Positions 9,786 through 19,350 of a stretch of 51,739 bases of DNA are shown here, piece after piece. Below the pieces are notes generated by a model. The model had not been told where the DNA came from. It saw only the letters and a list, made by a program, of their open reading frames with translations, and made no database searches. Position 1 is the stretch's first letter; each line of letters starts with the position of its first letter. The position numbers were made by a program, and so were the translations under genes. This DNA is from Fimbriimonadia bacterium (GTDB taxonomy: Bacteria > Armatimonadota > Fimbriimonadia > Fimbriimonadales > JABRVX01), in the NCBI GenBank assembly GCA_041483895.1, contig JBGPGO010000023.1:1-51739 (forward strand). The letters are read 5' to 3'.

Positions 9786-10382
9786 TTACTGCTGGATTCT
9801 ATCGATCGCCATCGAAATTCCACGCACGTACGTATCATGTTCAATTGGTAGGATACGGGCGGCGAGGGATTCGGGGGTGTCATCGGGCATAACCGGAACG
9901 CGCGACTGCAGGATGATCTCCCCATGATCGTACACCTCGTCCACATAATGCACGCTGCATCCCGATTCAGTATCACCTGCCGCAAGCACCGCCTCATGCA
10001 CGCGCATGCCATACATACCTTTGCCACCATACTTTGGCAGTAGCGCCGGATGTATGTTAATAATTCGGCCTGAAAAAGCATGTATGATATCGGTCGGCAA
10101 GAGTCTCATATAACCGCATAGGCATATCATATCTGGGCGGAGATCGGAAAGGGTTGTCATCAGTCTCTTCGCATAGTCTTCGGCGAGCGCTTTCGGTGAT
10201 AGGATGATCGGCTCGACGCCTTCGGCGCGCAACACCTCGAACGCGGGTGAGTCCGTGCGAGTCAGAATCGCGCCGACGACCTCTGCATCCAACCCCCCAT
10301 CGCGGGTGGCTGATAGTATCGCCATCATGTTCGACCCACGGGACATGCCGGATACCAGCAAAACCAATCGAGCCTTAGCCAT
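9786..10382 (-). CDS. purN: Phosphoribosylglycinamide formyltransferase
   Basis: SG.SRGSNM, GYMRLL, INIHPALLP, SGCSVHYVDEVYDHG. Start at MAKARL overlaps the acpS stop. Confidence 0.95.
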   Translation of the reverse strand: MAKARLVLLVSGMSRGSNMMAILSATRDGGLDAEVVGAILTRTDSPAFEVLRAEGVEPIILSPKALAEDYAKRLMTTLSDLRPDMICLCGYMRLLPTDIIHAFSGRIINIHPALLPKYGGKGMYGMRVHEAVLAAGDTESGCSVHYVDEVYDHGEIILQSRVPVMPDDTPESLAARILPIEHDTYVRGISMAIDRIQQ

Positions 10383-10728
10383 CCGTCCACACCGCCGCTG
10401 CCGCCGCCAACTGATGTGTATGGGAAATGGTAACCAACACCGGATCGCCCGCCACATGCCGCGCGGCGCCGCCCCGCAAATGCACAACCGGCCCGCCGCG
10501 GGAATCCGGTAGCACCTCCACGTCGTGCCAGGAAAACGAACGTCCGAGCGCCTTCGAAACCGCCTCTTTCGCCGCGAATCGCCCCGCCAACCGTTGCCCG
10601 GTCGGGTCGAGACGGCAGTATTCCAGTTCGCGCGGAGTGCAAATACGCGCGGCAAATCCCGCATGCGATTGGTCGGCGGTAACGATTCGCGACACCTCGA
10701 TCACATCGATCCCAAGCCCGCGAATCAT
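10375..10728 (-). CDS. acpS: Holo-ACP synthase
   Basis: GLGIDVIEVSR, AGRFAAKEAVSKALG, TISH. ATGA overlap with the upstream gene. Confidence 0.95.
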   Translation of the reverse strand: MIRGLGIDVIEVSRIVTADQSHAGFAARICTPRELEYCRLDPTGQRLAGRFAAKEAVSKALGRSFSWHDVEVLPDSRGGPVVHLRGGAARHVAGDPVLVTISHTHQLAAAAAVWTDG

Positions 10729-11909
10729 GGAAGCGGATGCTTGATGGTGACCTTCGCGCCTGGGGTCGCCACCAACGCAAACCAACCCGCTTGGCCCTGG
10801 CGAACAATCTTCGCGCCGGTCACTTTCCAATCCCCGCCCGGAAGATAGACCCACACTGGATCGCTACCGGAAATCGATACCGCGAGCGTCTCTTTTTCCC
10901 GGATCGCCTGTGTCACGCCGTTGTACAGATCGATCGGTTTCGTGCCATTGGACAGCGCCATGCCACGACCCAAGATCGCGCCGCCGAATTCGCTTTCGAT
11001 TGCCATGACAAATCCGAGCATCGAATCCCTAGTGGCCCGGTTGGTGCCATTGAGCACACTCGGCTCAAAACCGTTTTTCAGCACATTGTCCGATAGCGCG
11101 TCCACATTCCGGGCCACCCAATCGCGCAATGCCGCGATCGGCACCTCGAACACCTCATTGGCCGCAATCTCTTTGGCCTCGATCGCCGGAAGAAGCCAGC
11201 GCAAAAACAGCCGCTCGCCGATGTCGCCATTCGCCCAAAACTCGGTGTCGGTAAATCCGCCAATCGCCGGCAGCACGGCGTGGCCATATTCATGCGCCAG
11301 CTCCCGGCAGGTTTCCAATGGGTCGGTCAAATTCCCAACACCGTAAACGAACACGCAGTTCGCCTTCGTTTCTACACCGTCCGTGTCCGGAACGGAAAGA
11401 ATCTTCTGCTCGCCGCCGGGCTTGCCGCTTTTGTTCAGGAACACCTTCACCAGTCGCTGGGTTGCGTACGGATGGTCCATCTTCAAGTGTTCGCTCAACA
11501 TGTCCCATAGGCGAAGAAGATAGTGGCAGGATTTGTCCGCGAGCGAAAGCGTTTCGGCATCGGGAGCATACACTTCAAAGCGCAGATTGACCTGATCCGA
11601 TGTCTCCGAGCGCGGCCGCGCATAGCCGCCGCTGACATAGGGATAGGGGGTCTTCTTGTCGATGGGATCAAGCGGCGGTTTCGGCAGCGGTCTCATCCCG
11701 GTTCGCACCAGCAGCCGTCCGTCCTCCAAGGTGGTCTGCATCACGCGCTCTTTTGTTGTATCGCCAAACTGCACCGATGGCTCCGCCGGCTTCGGGTCCT
11801 GTTTTGCGTCAGCCGGCGACGAGCCGTTGAGCCATGCGATCGCACCGATTCCGAACGCGATCACCAGGCCAAACTCGATCCATATCTTTCTGATCCGTTT
11901 ACTAGCCAG
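10725..11909 (-). CDS. Membrane-anchored hypothetical protein with HExxH motif (probable CTG start)
   Basis: HEYGH motif. In-frame CTG 6 nt after GGAGG gives MASKRIRKIWIEFGLVIAFGIG; alternative GTG start at 11864. Confidence 0.6.
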   Translation of the reverse strand: MASKRIRKIWIEFGLVIAFGIGAIAWLNGSSPADAKQDPKPAEPSVQFGDTTKERVMQTTLEDGRLLVRTGMRPLPKPPLDPIDKKTPYPYVSGGYARPRSETSDQVNLRFEVYAPDAETLSLADKSCHYLLRLWDMLSEHLKMDHPYATQRLVKVFLNKSGKPGGEQKILSVPDTDGVETKANCVFVYGVGNLTDPLETCRELAHEYGHAVLPAIGGFTDTEFWANGDIGERLFLRWLLPAIEAKEIAANEVFEVPIAALRDWVARNVDALSDNVLKNGFEPSVLNGTNRATRDSMLGFVMAIESEFGGAILGRGMALSNGTKPIDLYNGVTQAIREKETLAVSISGSDPVWVYLPGGDWKVTGAKIVRQGQAGWFALVATPGAKVTIKHPLP

Positions 11910-11927
11910 ATCAAACCTCCGTTAATT

Positions 11928-11951
11928 TGCCGGCTGGAAGCCAGCGTTACG
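11928..11951 (-). repeat. REP family A (GTAA/GTAG + short palindrome)
   Basis: Reverse complement contains GTAACGCTGGCTTCCAGCCGGCA. Related copies at 15155, 31281, 35483, 37112, 49981 and 50040. Confidence 0.75.
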
Positions 11952-12030
11952 CGATCCAACCCCTCGCTGTGCCGGGGTTCACGCTTGCCGACCAGACCGG
12001 CATTGCAATTCCAAAGACCACGGCACAATT

Positions 12031-12960
12031 CTAATGTCCTTCCGCCTCCAAAAACCGCTCCGCCTCGATCGCCGCCATACAGCCGGTGCCCGCCGCGGTC
12101 ACCGCCTGGCGATAGACCCGATCCGTCAGGTCCCCACAGGCAAAGCAACCCGCCACCCCGGTCCTCGTGCAATACGGCTCCGTCCGCACATATCCCAGCT
12201 CATCCATATCCAACGCCCCTGCCACAAGGTCGCTGTTGGGATGATGCCCAATCGCGATAAACACCCCCTGGGTCTCCACTCTGGACAAGGCGCCGTCCAC
12301 TGTATTCTCCAGCGTCACGCCCGTTACCTTGCCCTGCGCGGGATCGTGAATCTCTTTGATCACCGAATTCCATACAAACTCGATTTTCGGATTGCTCATC
12401 GCGCGGTCCTGCATAATTTTAGACGCGCGAAGGCTGTCCCGGCGATGCACAACCGAGACCTTTGAGGCAAATCTCGTCAGAAAGTTGGCCTCCTCCATCG
12501 CCGTGTCCCCGCCGCCAACTACGAGTACGTCCATATCGCGGAAGAAGAACCCGTCGCACGTCGCGCAGGCCGACACGCCGTGACCCATCAGCTTGGATTC
12601 CGATTCGATCTCTAGCAGCTTGGCGGAAGCGCCGGTTGCCAAAATGACCGTGCGCGATTGATATTCGCGTTCCCCGACGGAGACCGCGAACGGCCGTTTG
12701 CCGAGGTCCAGGTTGGTCACATGGTCGTTGATAACCTCGGTTCCAAACCGCTCCGCCTGCTTCCGGAAAAGCTCCATCATCTGCGGCCCCATGACTCCGT
12801 CCGGAAAGCCGGGATAGTTCTCCACGTCAGTGGTGATCATGAGCTGACCGCCCGGCTCCCTGCCCGCGAACAGAAGCGGTTTCAGGTTCGCGCGGGCTGC
12901 GTACAGGGCGGCGGTGTATCCGGCCGGGCCGGAGCCGATGATGATGACGTCATGGACCAT
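12031..12960 (-). CDS. trxB: Thioredoxin-disulfide reductase
   Basis: [45 protein letters not shown]. Confidence 0.97.
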   Translation of the reverse strand: MVHDVIIIGSGPAGYTAALYAARANLKPLLFAGREPGGQLMITTDVENYPGFPDGVMGPQMMELFRKQAERFGTEVINDHVTNLDLGKRPFAVSVGEREYQSRTVILATGASAKLLEIESESKLMGHGVSACATCDGFFFRDMDVLVVGGGDTAMEEANFLTRFASKVSVVHRRDSLRASKIMQDRAMSNPKIEFVWNSVIKEIHDPAQGKVTGVTLENTVDGALSRVETQGVFIAIGHHPNSDLVAGALDMDELGYVRTEPYCTRTGVAGCFACGDLTDRVYRQAVTAAGTGCMAAIEAERFLEAEGH

Positions 12961-12984
12961 GCGGGTGACTCTACCTCACAAGCT

Positions 12985-13043
12985 GTAGACGCGGGCCGTC
13001 CTGCCGCATGCCCTCAATCACCGACCACCATGGCCCGCGTAAC
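12985..13043 (+). repeat. REP-like element, family B
   Basis: GTAGACGCGGGCC...CATGGCCCGCGT stem; partial second arm at 13047-13070. Confidence 0.7.
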
Positions 13044-13072
13044 ATACCGACCATCATGGCTCGCGGTACCGA

Positions 13073-14185
13073 CTATTCCCCGACCAACCCGAAATTGAGG
13101 AACACCATGTTGAGGTCCTTGATGAGAACCTGCCCGTCCATGTCCATATCCGCGTCATTCGGCGCCAATTCACCAAAATTGATGAACACCGCATTCATGT
13201 CGGTGGTCTCAATCTTGTTGTTATGTGTCGCGTCGCCGTTGTAGGGGAGGTACCAGTCCAATGTGTTTGGGCCGGGATTGATGAACGTATTGCTGGATTT
13301 CACGCCCAGCCATTGCGGCAGTTTCGCGAACACATCATAGGGCCCGCCGGTCGTCAGCACCGTCACAGAGTAGTTCCCCGATGCGTCCAACTGAGTCGTC
13401 ACGGACTCAAGTTCAAACCCACTGTCTTCGATTCGCAATGTGAGCTCCAGTCCCGCCGGACTGCCCAGAAGCAGCTCCGGATCCACATGCCCGCGCAGCA
13501 CGGCCGACGGGTTGTTGATCCAGTTGGCGATGCCTTTCAACAGGCTCTCATTATCCTCGTAGATCAGCATGTAGGTATCGGTGAACATGTCCGCGTCGCC
13601 AATCGCAAACACACGCCCGTTGCCCACGCTCTTCGTGTACTCCAAAACGACGGCCGCCAACTGCCCGGTGTGGTCGTTGACCAGCGATAGCGCCTCGGAG
13701 GGGGCGGTCAAAATTCCGCTGCCGCCCAAGTATATGCTCCCCGCGCTGCCAAGGAGTGGATGGTAATGCAGGATCGTCCCATAACCCGCCGATACGCTGC
13801 CGGCGATGGAAACGCCGAATGGACTCAAAAGCCCGTTATAGCCCCCCTGTGAACCGTGGCCGGAATCCTCCCCGGTCAAGAAGAGCGTTCCGCCCGCCTT
13901 CACCCAGTTCGTCAGCGCCGTCTGCTCCGCCGCGGTAATCGTGGTCATCGCCATGCTGCTGGTAAAGAAAACGGATACACCGCTGAGGAAGCCCGCCGTG
14001 AGTGTGCTCGTCTGGTGCCAGACGGCTCCACGCGCTTCCCAGTCGCTGCGAAAAATTGTCATCGCGCCGCCCGTCGCGGCGTTGAAGGTCGAATTGTACA
14101 GCCGGGAGTTGTCCCAAATCCCCACATCAATGGCCTGGCAAGCTGAAAACCCGATTGCGAGGCCGAATGTCAACATCGCTCGCAT
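13073..14185 (-). CDS. Secreted protein with glutamine-amidotransferase-like (DUF4350-like) domain and dockerin-like tail
   Basis: AEQTALTNWVKAGGTLFLTGE and GRVFAIGD motifs; tail NGDATHNNKI...DMDGQVLIKDLNMVFLNFGLVGE; RBS AAGGAGAGG. Confidence 0.7.
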   Translation of the reverse strand: MRAMLTFGLAIGFSACQAIDVGIWDNSRLYNSTFNAATGGAMTIFRSDWEARGAVWHQTSTLTAGFLSGVSVFFTSSMAMTTITAAEQTALTNWVKAGGTLFLTGEDSGHGSQGGYNGLLSPFGVSIAGSVSAGYGTILHYHPLLGSAGSIYLGGSGILTAPSEALSLVNDHTGQLAAVVLEYTKSVGNGRVFAIGDADMFTDTYMLIYEDNESLLKGIANWINNPSAVLRGHVDPELLLGSPAGLELTLRIEDSGFELESVTTQLDASGNYSVTVLTTGGPYDVFAKLPQWLGVKSSNTFINPGPNTLDWYLPYNGDATHNNKIETTDMNAVFINFGELAPNDADMDMDGQVLIKDLNMVFLNFGLVGE

Positions 14186-14325
14186 AATAAGCCTCTCCTT
14201 AGTAACGCACTGCCTACAGTATATCAGAATGCTGAGCGTGCGAAACAATCTTTCTTGTCATTGATTCTTGTGACAGACAACGTATGAATAGGTGTGGGAG
14301 AGTTAAATCGAAAGGCGGTGATGAG

Positions 14326-15093
14326 ATGAAAAGACTGGAAGGCAAAGTCGCGGTCGTCACTGGCGGATCCCTGGGGATCGGCCGAGCCGCCGCATTGATG
14401 ATGGCGCGGGAGGGCGCCGTGGTCGCCGTGACCGACGTTTTGGATGCTGAAGGGCAAGAATGCGCCGCGGAGATCAAGCGGCTCGACGGCAAAGCCGGCT
14501 ATTGGCATTTGGACGTGGCCAATGAGGGATCGGTACGGCAGGCGTTCGCGGAGATCAAGGAACGATTCGGCAACATCACGGTTTTGGTGAACAACGCCGG
14601 AATATCCGGGGCGAGCAAGCCGACCCACGAGATTTCGGAAGAGGAATGGGATCGCGTCATGAACGTCAATGTAAAGGGAGTGTTCTTCTGCACCAAGCAT
14701 GCGATTCCGCAGATGATGGAGGCGAAAGGGGGAAGCATCGTCAACCTCTCGTCCATCTACGGCATCGTCAGCGCGATGGATGTTCCTCCGTACCATGCTT
14801 CCAAGGGCGCCGTGCGGCTGATGACGAAAACCGACGCGCTGTTCTACGCCAAATACAATATCCGTGTCAACTCCGTCCATCCCGGCTTCATTTGGACGCC
14901 CATGGTCGAGAACTACCTGCGTGGCCAGGGGAACGTCGAGGAAGGCCGCAAAGCTGTCGACAGCCTGCATCCGCTGGGTCACATGGGTGAGGCCGACGAC
15001 ATCGCCTACGGCATCGTCTATTTGGCCTCCGACGAGGCGAAGTTCGTGACGGGCTCGGAGCTGGTCATTGACGGAGGTTACACTGCCCGGTAA
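14326..15093 (+). CDS. Short-chain dehydrogenase/reductase
   Basis: TGGSLGIG, LVNNAG, YHASKG, IDGG. Confidence 0.95.
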   Translation: MKRLEGKVAVVTGGSLGIGRAAALMMAREGAVVAVTDVLDAEGQECAAEIKRLDGKAGYWHLDVANEGSVRQAFAEIKERFGNITVLVNNAGISGASKPTHEISEEEWDRVMNVNVKGVFFCTKHAIPQMMEAKGGSIVNLSSIYGIVSAMDVPPYHASKGAVRLMTKTDALFYAKYNIRVNSVHPGFIWTPMVENYLRGQGNVEEGRKAVDSLHPLGHMGEADDIAYGIVYLASDEAKFVTGSELVIDGGYTAR

Positions 15094-15101
15094 CCTTCAA
15101 A

Positions 15102-15139
15102 CCCCCTCCCCCGCTTGCGGGGGAGGGCTGGGGTGGGGG
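15102..15139. repeat. REP family C hairpin CCCTCCCCCGC-TT-GCGGGGGAGGG(...GGGTGGGGG); possible terminator
   Basis: Lies between convergent SDR and pepP genes; same element at 16701-16778 and related at 25053-25169. Confidence 0.8.
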
Positions 15140-15154
15140 TTCTTCTTCCATCAA

Positions 15155-15177
15155 TGCCGCCTGGAAGGCAGCGTTAC
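15155..15177 (-). repeat. REP family A copy overlapping the pepP stop codon
   Basis: Reverse complement GTAACGCTGCCTTCCAGGCGGCA; TAA at 15174-15176. Confidence 0.8.
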
Positions 15178-16226
15178 AGGATGAGCAATTCTCGTGGGGA
15201 TTTCGTCAAGCATTCCGCGCCGGATGCCCGCAACACCACATCGTCCTCAATCCGGCAGCCACCAAAGCCCTCGATGTAAACGCCGGGCTCTACCGTCAAC
15301 ACCATTCCCTCAGCAATCTCGATGTCCCTCATACCAGATGGGCTGTCGTGGACTTGCAGCCCCAAACTATGACCGAGCCCGTGGCCGAAGTAGCCGTCCA
15401 ACCCATACTTTGCCAAGACGTCGCGTGATAGCTGATCGACTTCCAGACCCAATTTGCCGGGCCTCATCGCATCGATGGCCGCCGCCCGTGATTCATTCAC
15501 CGCATCGTATATCTCTTTGTGCCTCGCGGAAGCCTCGCCAATCACAACCGTCCGCGTAATATCGCCGCAATATCCATCCACCTTCGCGCCAAAGTCGAAG
15601 GTGACGAAATCGCCGTGTTGCAGCCGCTTATCGGACGGCGTTCCATGCGGCCGCGCGCTCCGCTCCCCGCTCACGACGATGCACGAGAATGCCTCCTGCG
15701 CGCCCTGTCTCCGAAAATAGAACTCGATTTCCAGCGCCAAGTCGTATTCGCTGACGTTGGCCTGAATTTTCGGCCGCAGATACTCCCAGCAAGCATCGGT
15801 CAATGCGCAGGCGCGGGAAAGCGCCTCGATCTCCGACGGCTCCTTGATCATCCGCAGCTTGCCAACGACGCCAGGGGCAGGAACAAGCTCCACGCCGGAA
15901 AATGCGCCTTTCAACGAGTCCCACCGATCGTAAGTAACGCTATCCGATTCAAAACCGAGCCGCGAAACCCCAAGGTCCTTCACGGTATCGCGCAGGAAGT
16001 CCAGGCCCTTAATCGGCGCTTGGAACGTTCGCAAATCCCAACCCAGGCACTGCTCTCCCGCCTGGATCCGATAGCGCGAATCCGTGACGAACACCTGCCG
16101 CGTTTCCGTCACGATGGCCTGTCCAAAACTGCCCGTGAACCCCGTCAAGTACCGGACATTTGTCGGGTCCGTCACCAGGATCGAGGGAATTTCCGATACC
16201 GCCCGCAGCTTCTCTAATCGGCCCAT
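15174..16226 (-). CDS. pepP: Xaa-Pro aminopeptidase (M24B)
   Basis: YLTGFTGS, TDSRY, DFGA..DITRT, HGLGHSLGLQVHD, TVEPG.Y, RIEDD. Confidence 0.9.
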   Translation of the reverse strand: MGRLEKLRAVSEIPSILVTDPTNVRYLTGFTGSFGQAIVTETRQVFVTDSRYRIQAGEQCLGWDLRTFQAPIKGLDFLRDTVKDLGVSRLGFESDSVTYDRWDSLKGAFSGVELVPAPGVVGKLRMIKEPSEIEALSRACALTDACWEYLRPKIQANVSEYDLALEIEFYFRRQGAQEAFSCIVVSGERSARPHGTPSDKRLQHGDFVTFDFGAKVDGYCGDITRTVVIGEASARHKEIYDAVNESRAAAIDAMRPGKLGLEVDQLSRDVLAKYGLDGYFGHGLGHSLGLQVHDSPSGMRDIEIAEGMVLTVEPGVYIEGFGGCRIEDDVVLRASGAECLTKSPRELLIL

Positions 16227-16685
16227 CTATATCGACTCCACAAGCATGTTCTTCAGCCCGTCGAGCGCCAGCAGGTAGCCGCGCGTACCCATCCCCGCGA
16301 TATGCCCCTGGGCGATGTCCACAATCAGCGAAGTGCGGCGGAAATCCTCTCGCGCGTGGATGTTGGTTATATGCACTTCGATGATCGGCACGCGCAGCAT
16401 ATTCAGCGCATCGCGAAGGCTGACCGAGGAATGGGTCAGGCCGCCCGGATTGATGATCACCCCGTCCGCCCACGACCGATTCTCCTGCAAGAAGTCGATG
16501 ATCGCGCCCTCGTGGTTGCTCTGAAACACCTTGAGGATCATTTGCAGATCGCCGGCCCGCTTTTCCATCTCTTCATTTACCTTCTCCAGCGATTTCGTGC
16601 CGTACAGGCTGGGATCGCGGAAGCCGAGAAGGTTGAGGTTTGGACCGTGGACGACGAGGATTTGTGGATTGGTACCGCCTGGCAT
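16227..16685 (-). CDS. aroQ: Type II 3-dehydroquinate dehydratase
   Basis: HGPNLNLLG.R.P..YG, QSNHEG, INPGGLTH, EVHITN. Confidence 0.96.
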   Translation of the reverse strand: MPGGTNPQILVVHGPNLNLLGFRDPSLYGTKSLEKVNEEMEKRAGDLQMILKVFQSNHEGAIIDFLQENRSWADGVIINPGGLTHSSVSLRDALNMLRVPIIEVHITNIHAREDFRRTSLIVDIAQGHIAGMGTRGYLLALDGLKNMLVESI

Positions 16686-16688
16686 CGG

Positions 16689-16937
16689 TTACTTGCCGCC
16701 ATTCCCTCCCCCGCTTGCGGGGGAGGTTCCAGCAACGTGATTCCCTCCCCCGCTTGCGGGGGAGGGCGAGGGTGGGGGTTCGATCGCCTCTTCGACCAAG
16801 AGATGCGGGATGTCATCCACAATCGGGTACTTCCGGCCACACTTCGTGCAGACAAGAAATTCGCCCTCCAGCTTCAGGGGCGGCCGGTCGTCACAGGCCG
16901 GGCAGGCCAAAATCGCTAGCAGTTCTTCCGAGACCAA
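16689..16937 (-). CDS. Trm112/YcaR family protein with repeat-derived C-terminal tail
   Basis: LLAILACPAC, LVCTKCGRKYPIVDDIPHLL; the tail is encoded by REP hairpins. Confidence 0.85.
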   Translation of the reverse strand: MVSEELLAILACPACDDRPPLKLEGEFLVCTKCGRKYPIVDDIPHLLVEEAIEPPPSPSPASGGGNHVAGTSPASGGGNGGK

Positions 16938-17983
16938 CGGATCACCTCATCATAAACGTCAGCGGTACAGCGGGCCGTCTCGCGCCAGGAGAACATTTTG
17001 GCACGTTCCAGGCCCTTGGCGCGCAGTTCGGCCCGTGTCGCGGGGTCGGCCAATAGCGCGCGGATCGCCTCCTCCCAGGCCTTCTCATCGTTCGCGGGCC
17101 GAATCCAGCCTGCGTCCTCGACCACCTCCGGCAGCGCCCCACCGTCGGAGGCCAGCACCGGGCAGCCGCACGCCATCGCCTCCAGAGCGGGGATGCCGAA
17201 CCCTTCGTAAAGCGAGGGGAACAGGAACAGCTCGGCGGCGGTGTAGAGCGCTGGGAGCAGTTCGTCTGGCACATAGCCGAGGCACTTTGCCCCCTCAACC
17301 CCTTCGCCCTTGCCCGCGATCGCGAGGGTGCTGCCAACGTTTGCTTTGGCGAAAGCGCCAATCGCCATCGCCAGATTTTTGCGCGGAATTAGGTTGCCGA
17401 CAGCCAGGACATACGGCTGCTCCAATCCGAACTCTCGCCGCACAATCTCCCCCGCGCTGTCAATCAGACGAAACTCCGGCGGCGCGGCCAGCGGTGTGAC
17501 CGCCACCTTCTCCGCCGCCACGCCGATGGTGCGCAAGATGTCCCGTTTGGATGTCTCCGAAACCGTGATGGTTCTCTCCGCCCGCCGAATGCTCCGCGGC
17601 ACGCTCGCCCGCAGCAGCAGACGGTCCTTCAACCCAAACAGCTGCGGCATCAGCAGAAACGAGACATCGTGGACGGTGGTGACCACCAGGCAGGTCTTGA
17701 GCGGCGAGACCGTGTACTGCACGTGAAGCAGGTCCACCCCATCGCGCCGGGCCCGCAGCGGCAGGGTGACTAGGCTCCACCATCGGCGGCTCCAGCCAGG
17801 CACAATCCGCACCTCCACACCCTCCGGCGCCTCATATTCGAACAGCGGCCGGTGAGAATACAGCACGAGCTTCAGCTCCGGCAACCTGGCCAATTCCTGG
17901 ATGAGGCACCGCCAATAGGTCCGGTCCCCCGTATACCGCCCCGTCAACGCCCCGGCATCGATTCCAATAACCACGCATGCCAT
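16916..17983 (-). CDS. Glycosyltransferase family 4
   Basis: IGIDA, TTVHDVSF, PRKNL, FPSLYEGFGIPALEAMACG. Confidence 0.93.
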   Translation of the reverse strand: MACVVIGIDAGALTGRYTGDRTYWRCLIQELARLPELKLVLYSHRPLFEYEAPEGVEVRIVPGWSRRWWSLVTLPLRARRDGVDLLHVQYTVSPLKTCLVVTTVHDVSFLLMPQLFGLKDRLLLRASVPRSIRRAERTITVSETSKRDILRTIGVAAEKVAVTPLAAPPEFRLIDSAGEIVRREFGLEQPYVLAVGNLIPRKNLAMAIGAFAKANVGSTLAIAGKGEGVEGAKCLGYVPDELLPALYTAAELFLFPSLYEGFGIPALEAMACGCPVLASDGGALPEVVEDAGWIRPANDEKAWEEAIRALLADPATRAELRAKGLERAKMFSWRETARCTADVYDEVIRWSRKNC

Positions 17984-18101
17984 TTCCGCAGTAGCTGTTC
18001 GGCGTCCTCCATCACGCTGCGAAAGTTCAAATAATATTGCGACCCCGGTGATTCGGCCTCGGATTCGGCAACTTGCCACTTTTTAGGGTAAAATTAACAA
18101 C

Positions 18102-18881
18102 GTGGAAGTGCAATTCGAGAGCCCATTTCCCTCTAGTCCTCGTGTTCTTTTCACGCCCAACCCAATTGAGACCACGATTTGCCAGTTGAGGTTCCCAACA
18201 ATTCTGCAGATAGGCGAAGAGCGGCCAGCGGCTTTTCAGCAGAAGATCCGGCACGAATTTCCGGTGTACACGGAACGAGCACCAGAAAAACTAGTATTGC
18301 CGATGGAAATATTTCCAGGCGTTCCCAAGCAACTCCGGGCATACGACTTCAGCACGTCCGACAACAATTGGACCGTGACATTGACGGAAGAATTCATTGC
18401 TTTACAAACAAGATCCTATGATCGATGGGAGAATTTCAAGGAGAAGCTCATGCTTCCGCTCGGATCTCTCATCGAAACATACAAAGTATCGTATTTTGTT
18501 CGGATCGGGCTGCGGTACCTTGACCTGATTCGACGTAGCCAACTGAACCGCGATGGCGTTCCCTGGAATAAACTACTGAAAGATCACGTTGCGGGGGAAT
18601 TCACTGACGAAGCGGTGGTGCCACACATAACGGAGAAATTTACGCATCTCGTGATGACATTAAATGCAACGGATGGCGAGGTCATAATCAATCACGGCAC
18701 GTATCCTAAAGACGGTGAGGAGTGTTATATTGTTGACGCCGATTTCTATCGAACTGCCAGTACCTCTGTGGAGACTGCAACGGAGGTTCTTGATCGCCTT
18801 AAGCGGCATGCTGGGCGTTTCTTCCGTTGGTTCATCAGTGATGACTTGTCTGCCGCCATGTCTCCTACTCGGATCGAGTGA
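18102..18881 (+). CDS. TIGR04255-like family protein
   Basis: NPIETTICQLRFP, YDRWENF, RIGLRYLDLI, YIVDADFY pattern; lower GC than flanks; TAAAAT 7 nt before GTG. Confidence 0.75.
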   Translation: MEVQFESPFPSSPRVLFTPNPIETTICQLRFPTILQIGEERPAAFQQKIRHEFPVYTERAPEKLVLPMEIFPGVPKQLRAYDFSTSDNNWTVTLTEEFIALQTRSYDRWENFKEKLMLPLGSLIETYKVSYFVRIGLRYLDLIRRSQLNRDGVPWNKLLKDHVAGEFTDEAVVPHITEKFTHLVMTLNATDGEVIINHGTYPKDGEECYIVDADFYRTASTSVETATEVLDRLKRHAGRFFRWFISDDLSAAMSPTRIE

Positions 18882-18885
18882 CAGT

Positions 18886-19350
18886 TTGCTTGTATACGAT
18901 CCTGCGACAACCTCTGGCGTGGATGGCTATTTACCAGAAATCAACAAGAGGGCAGTCGAACTACGCAAATCTTTGGAGCGCCTCCTTCCCGACGACGCGC
19001 GGGACATCGAACGTCGGGCTAATGTACAGTTGGAGAAGATCGCTAGCGCAATCTGGCTTGACGAAGCGGGTTGGTTGCGTCCGAGCACCAAAACGATCAA
19101 GCAAGCAAAACTGCTGTTGAGTGAAATATCTACGAATCTCGACTTCGCTCACTCGCCGAATGTGGTCACTAGTCCCGAAGGAGAAATCGTTCTAGAGTTT
19201 TGGGCTCCATCCAAAAAGCTCTCCCTATACGTGTCTGAGGATTCGATCGATTTTTTGAAAATCTGGAGGAATCATCCTGAGGGAAAAATGCTCGAGGGCA
19301 AATTCGCGGACATCAACCCCAAAGAGCTATTTGAGTGGCTCTCAAAGTAG
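18886..19350 (+). CDS. Hypothetical protein, candidate antitoxin (start uncertain)
   Basis: ORF open from 18715; TTG at 18886 follows the upstream stop. Motif PS..TI..A..LL...PNVVTSPEGEIVLEFW....LSLYV. Confidence 0.55.
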   Translation: MLVYDPATTSGVDGYLPEINKRAVELRKSLERLLPDDARDIERRANVQLEKIASAIWLDEAGWLRPSTKTIKQAKLLLSEISTNLDFAHSPNVVTSPEGEIVLEFWAPSKKLSLYVSEDSIDFLKIWRNHPEGKMLEGKFADINPKELFEWLSK

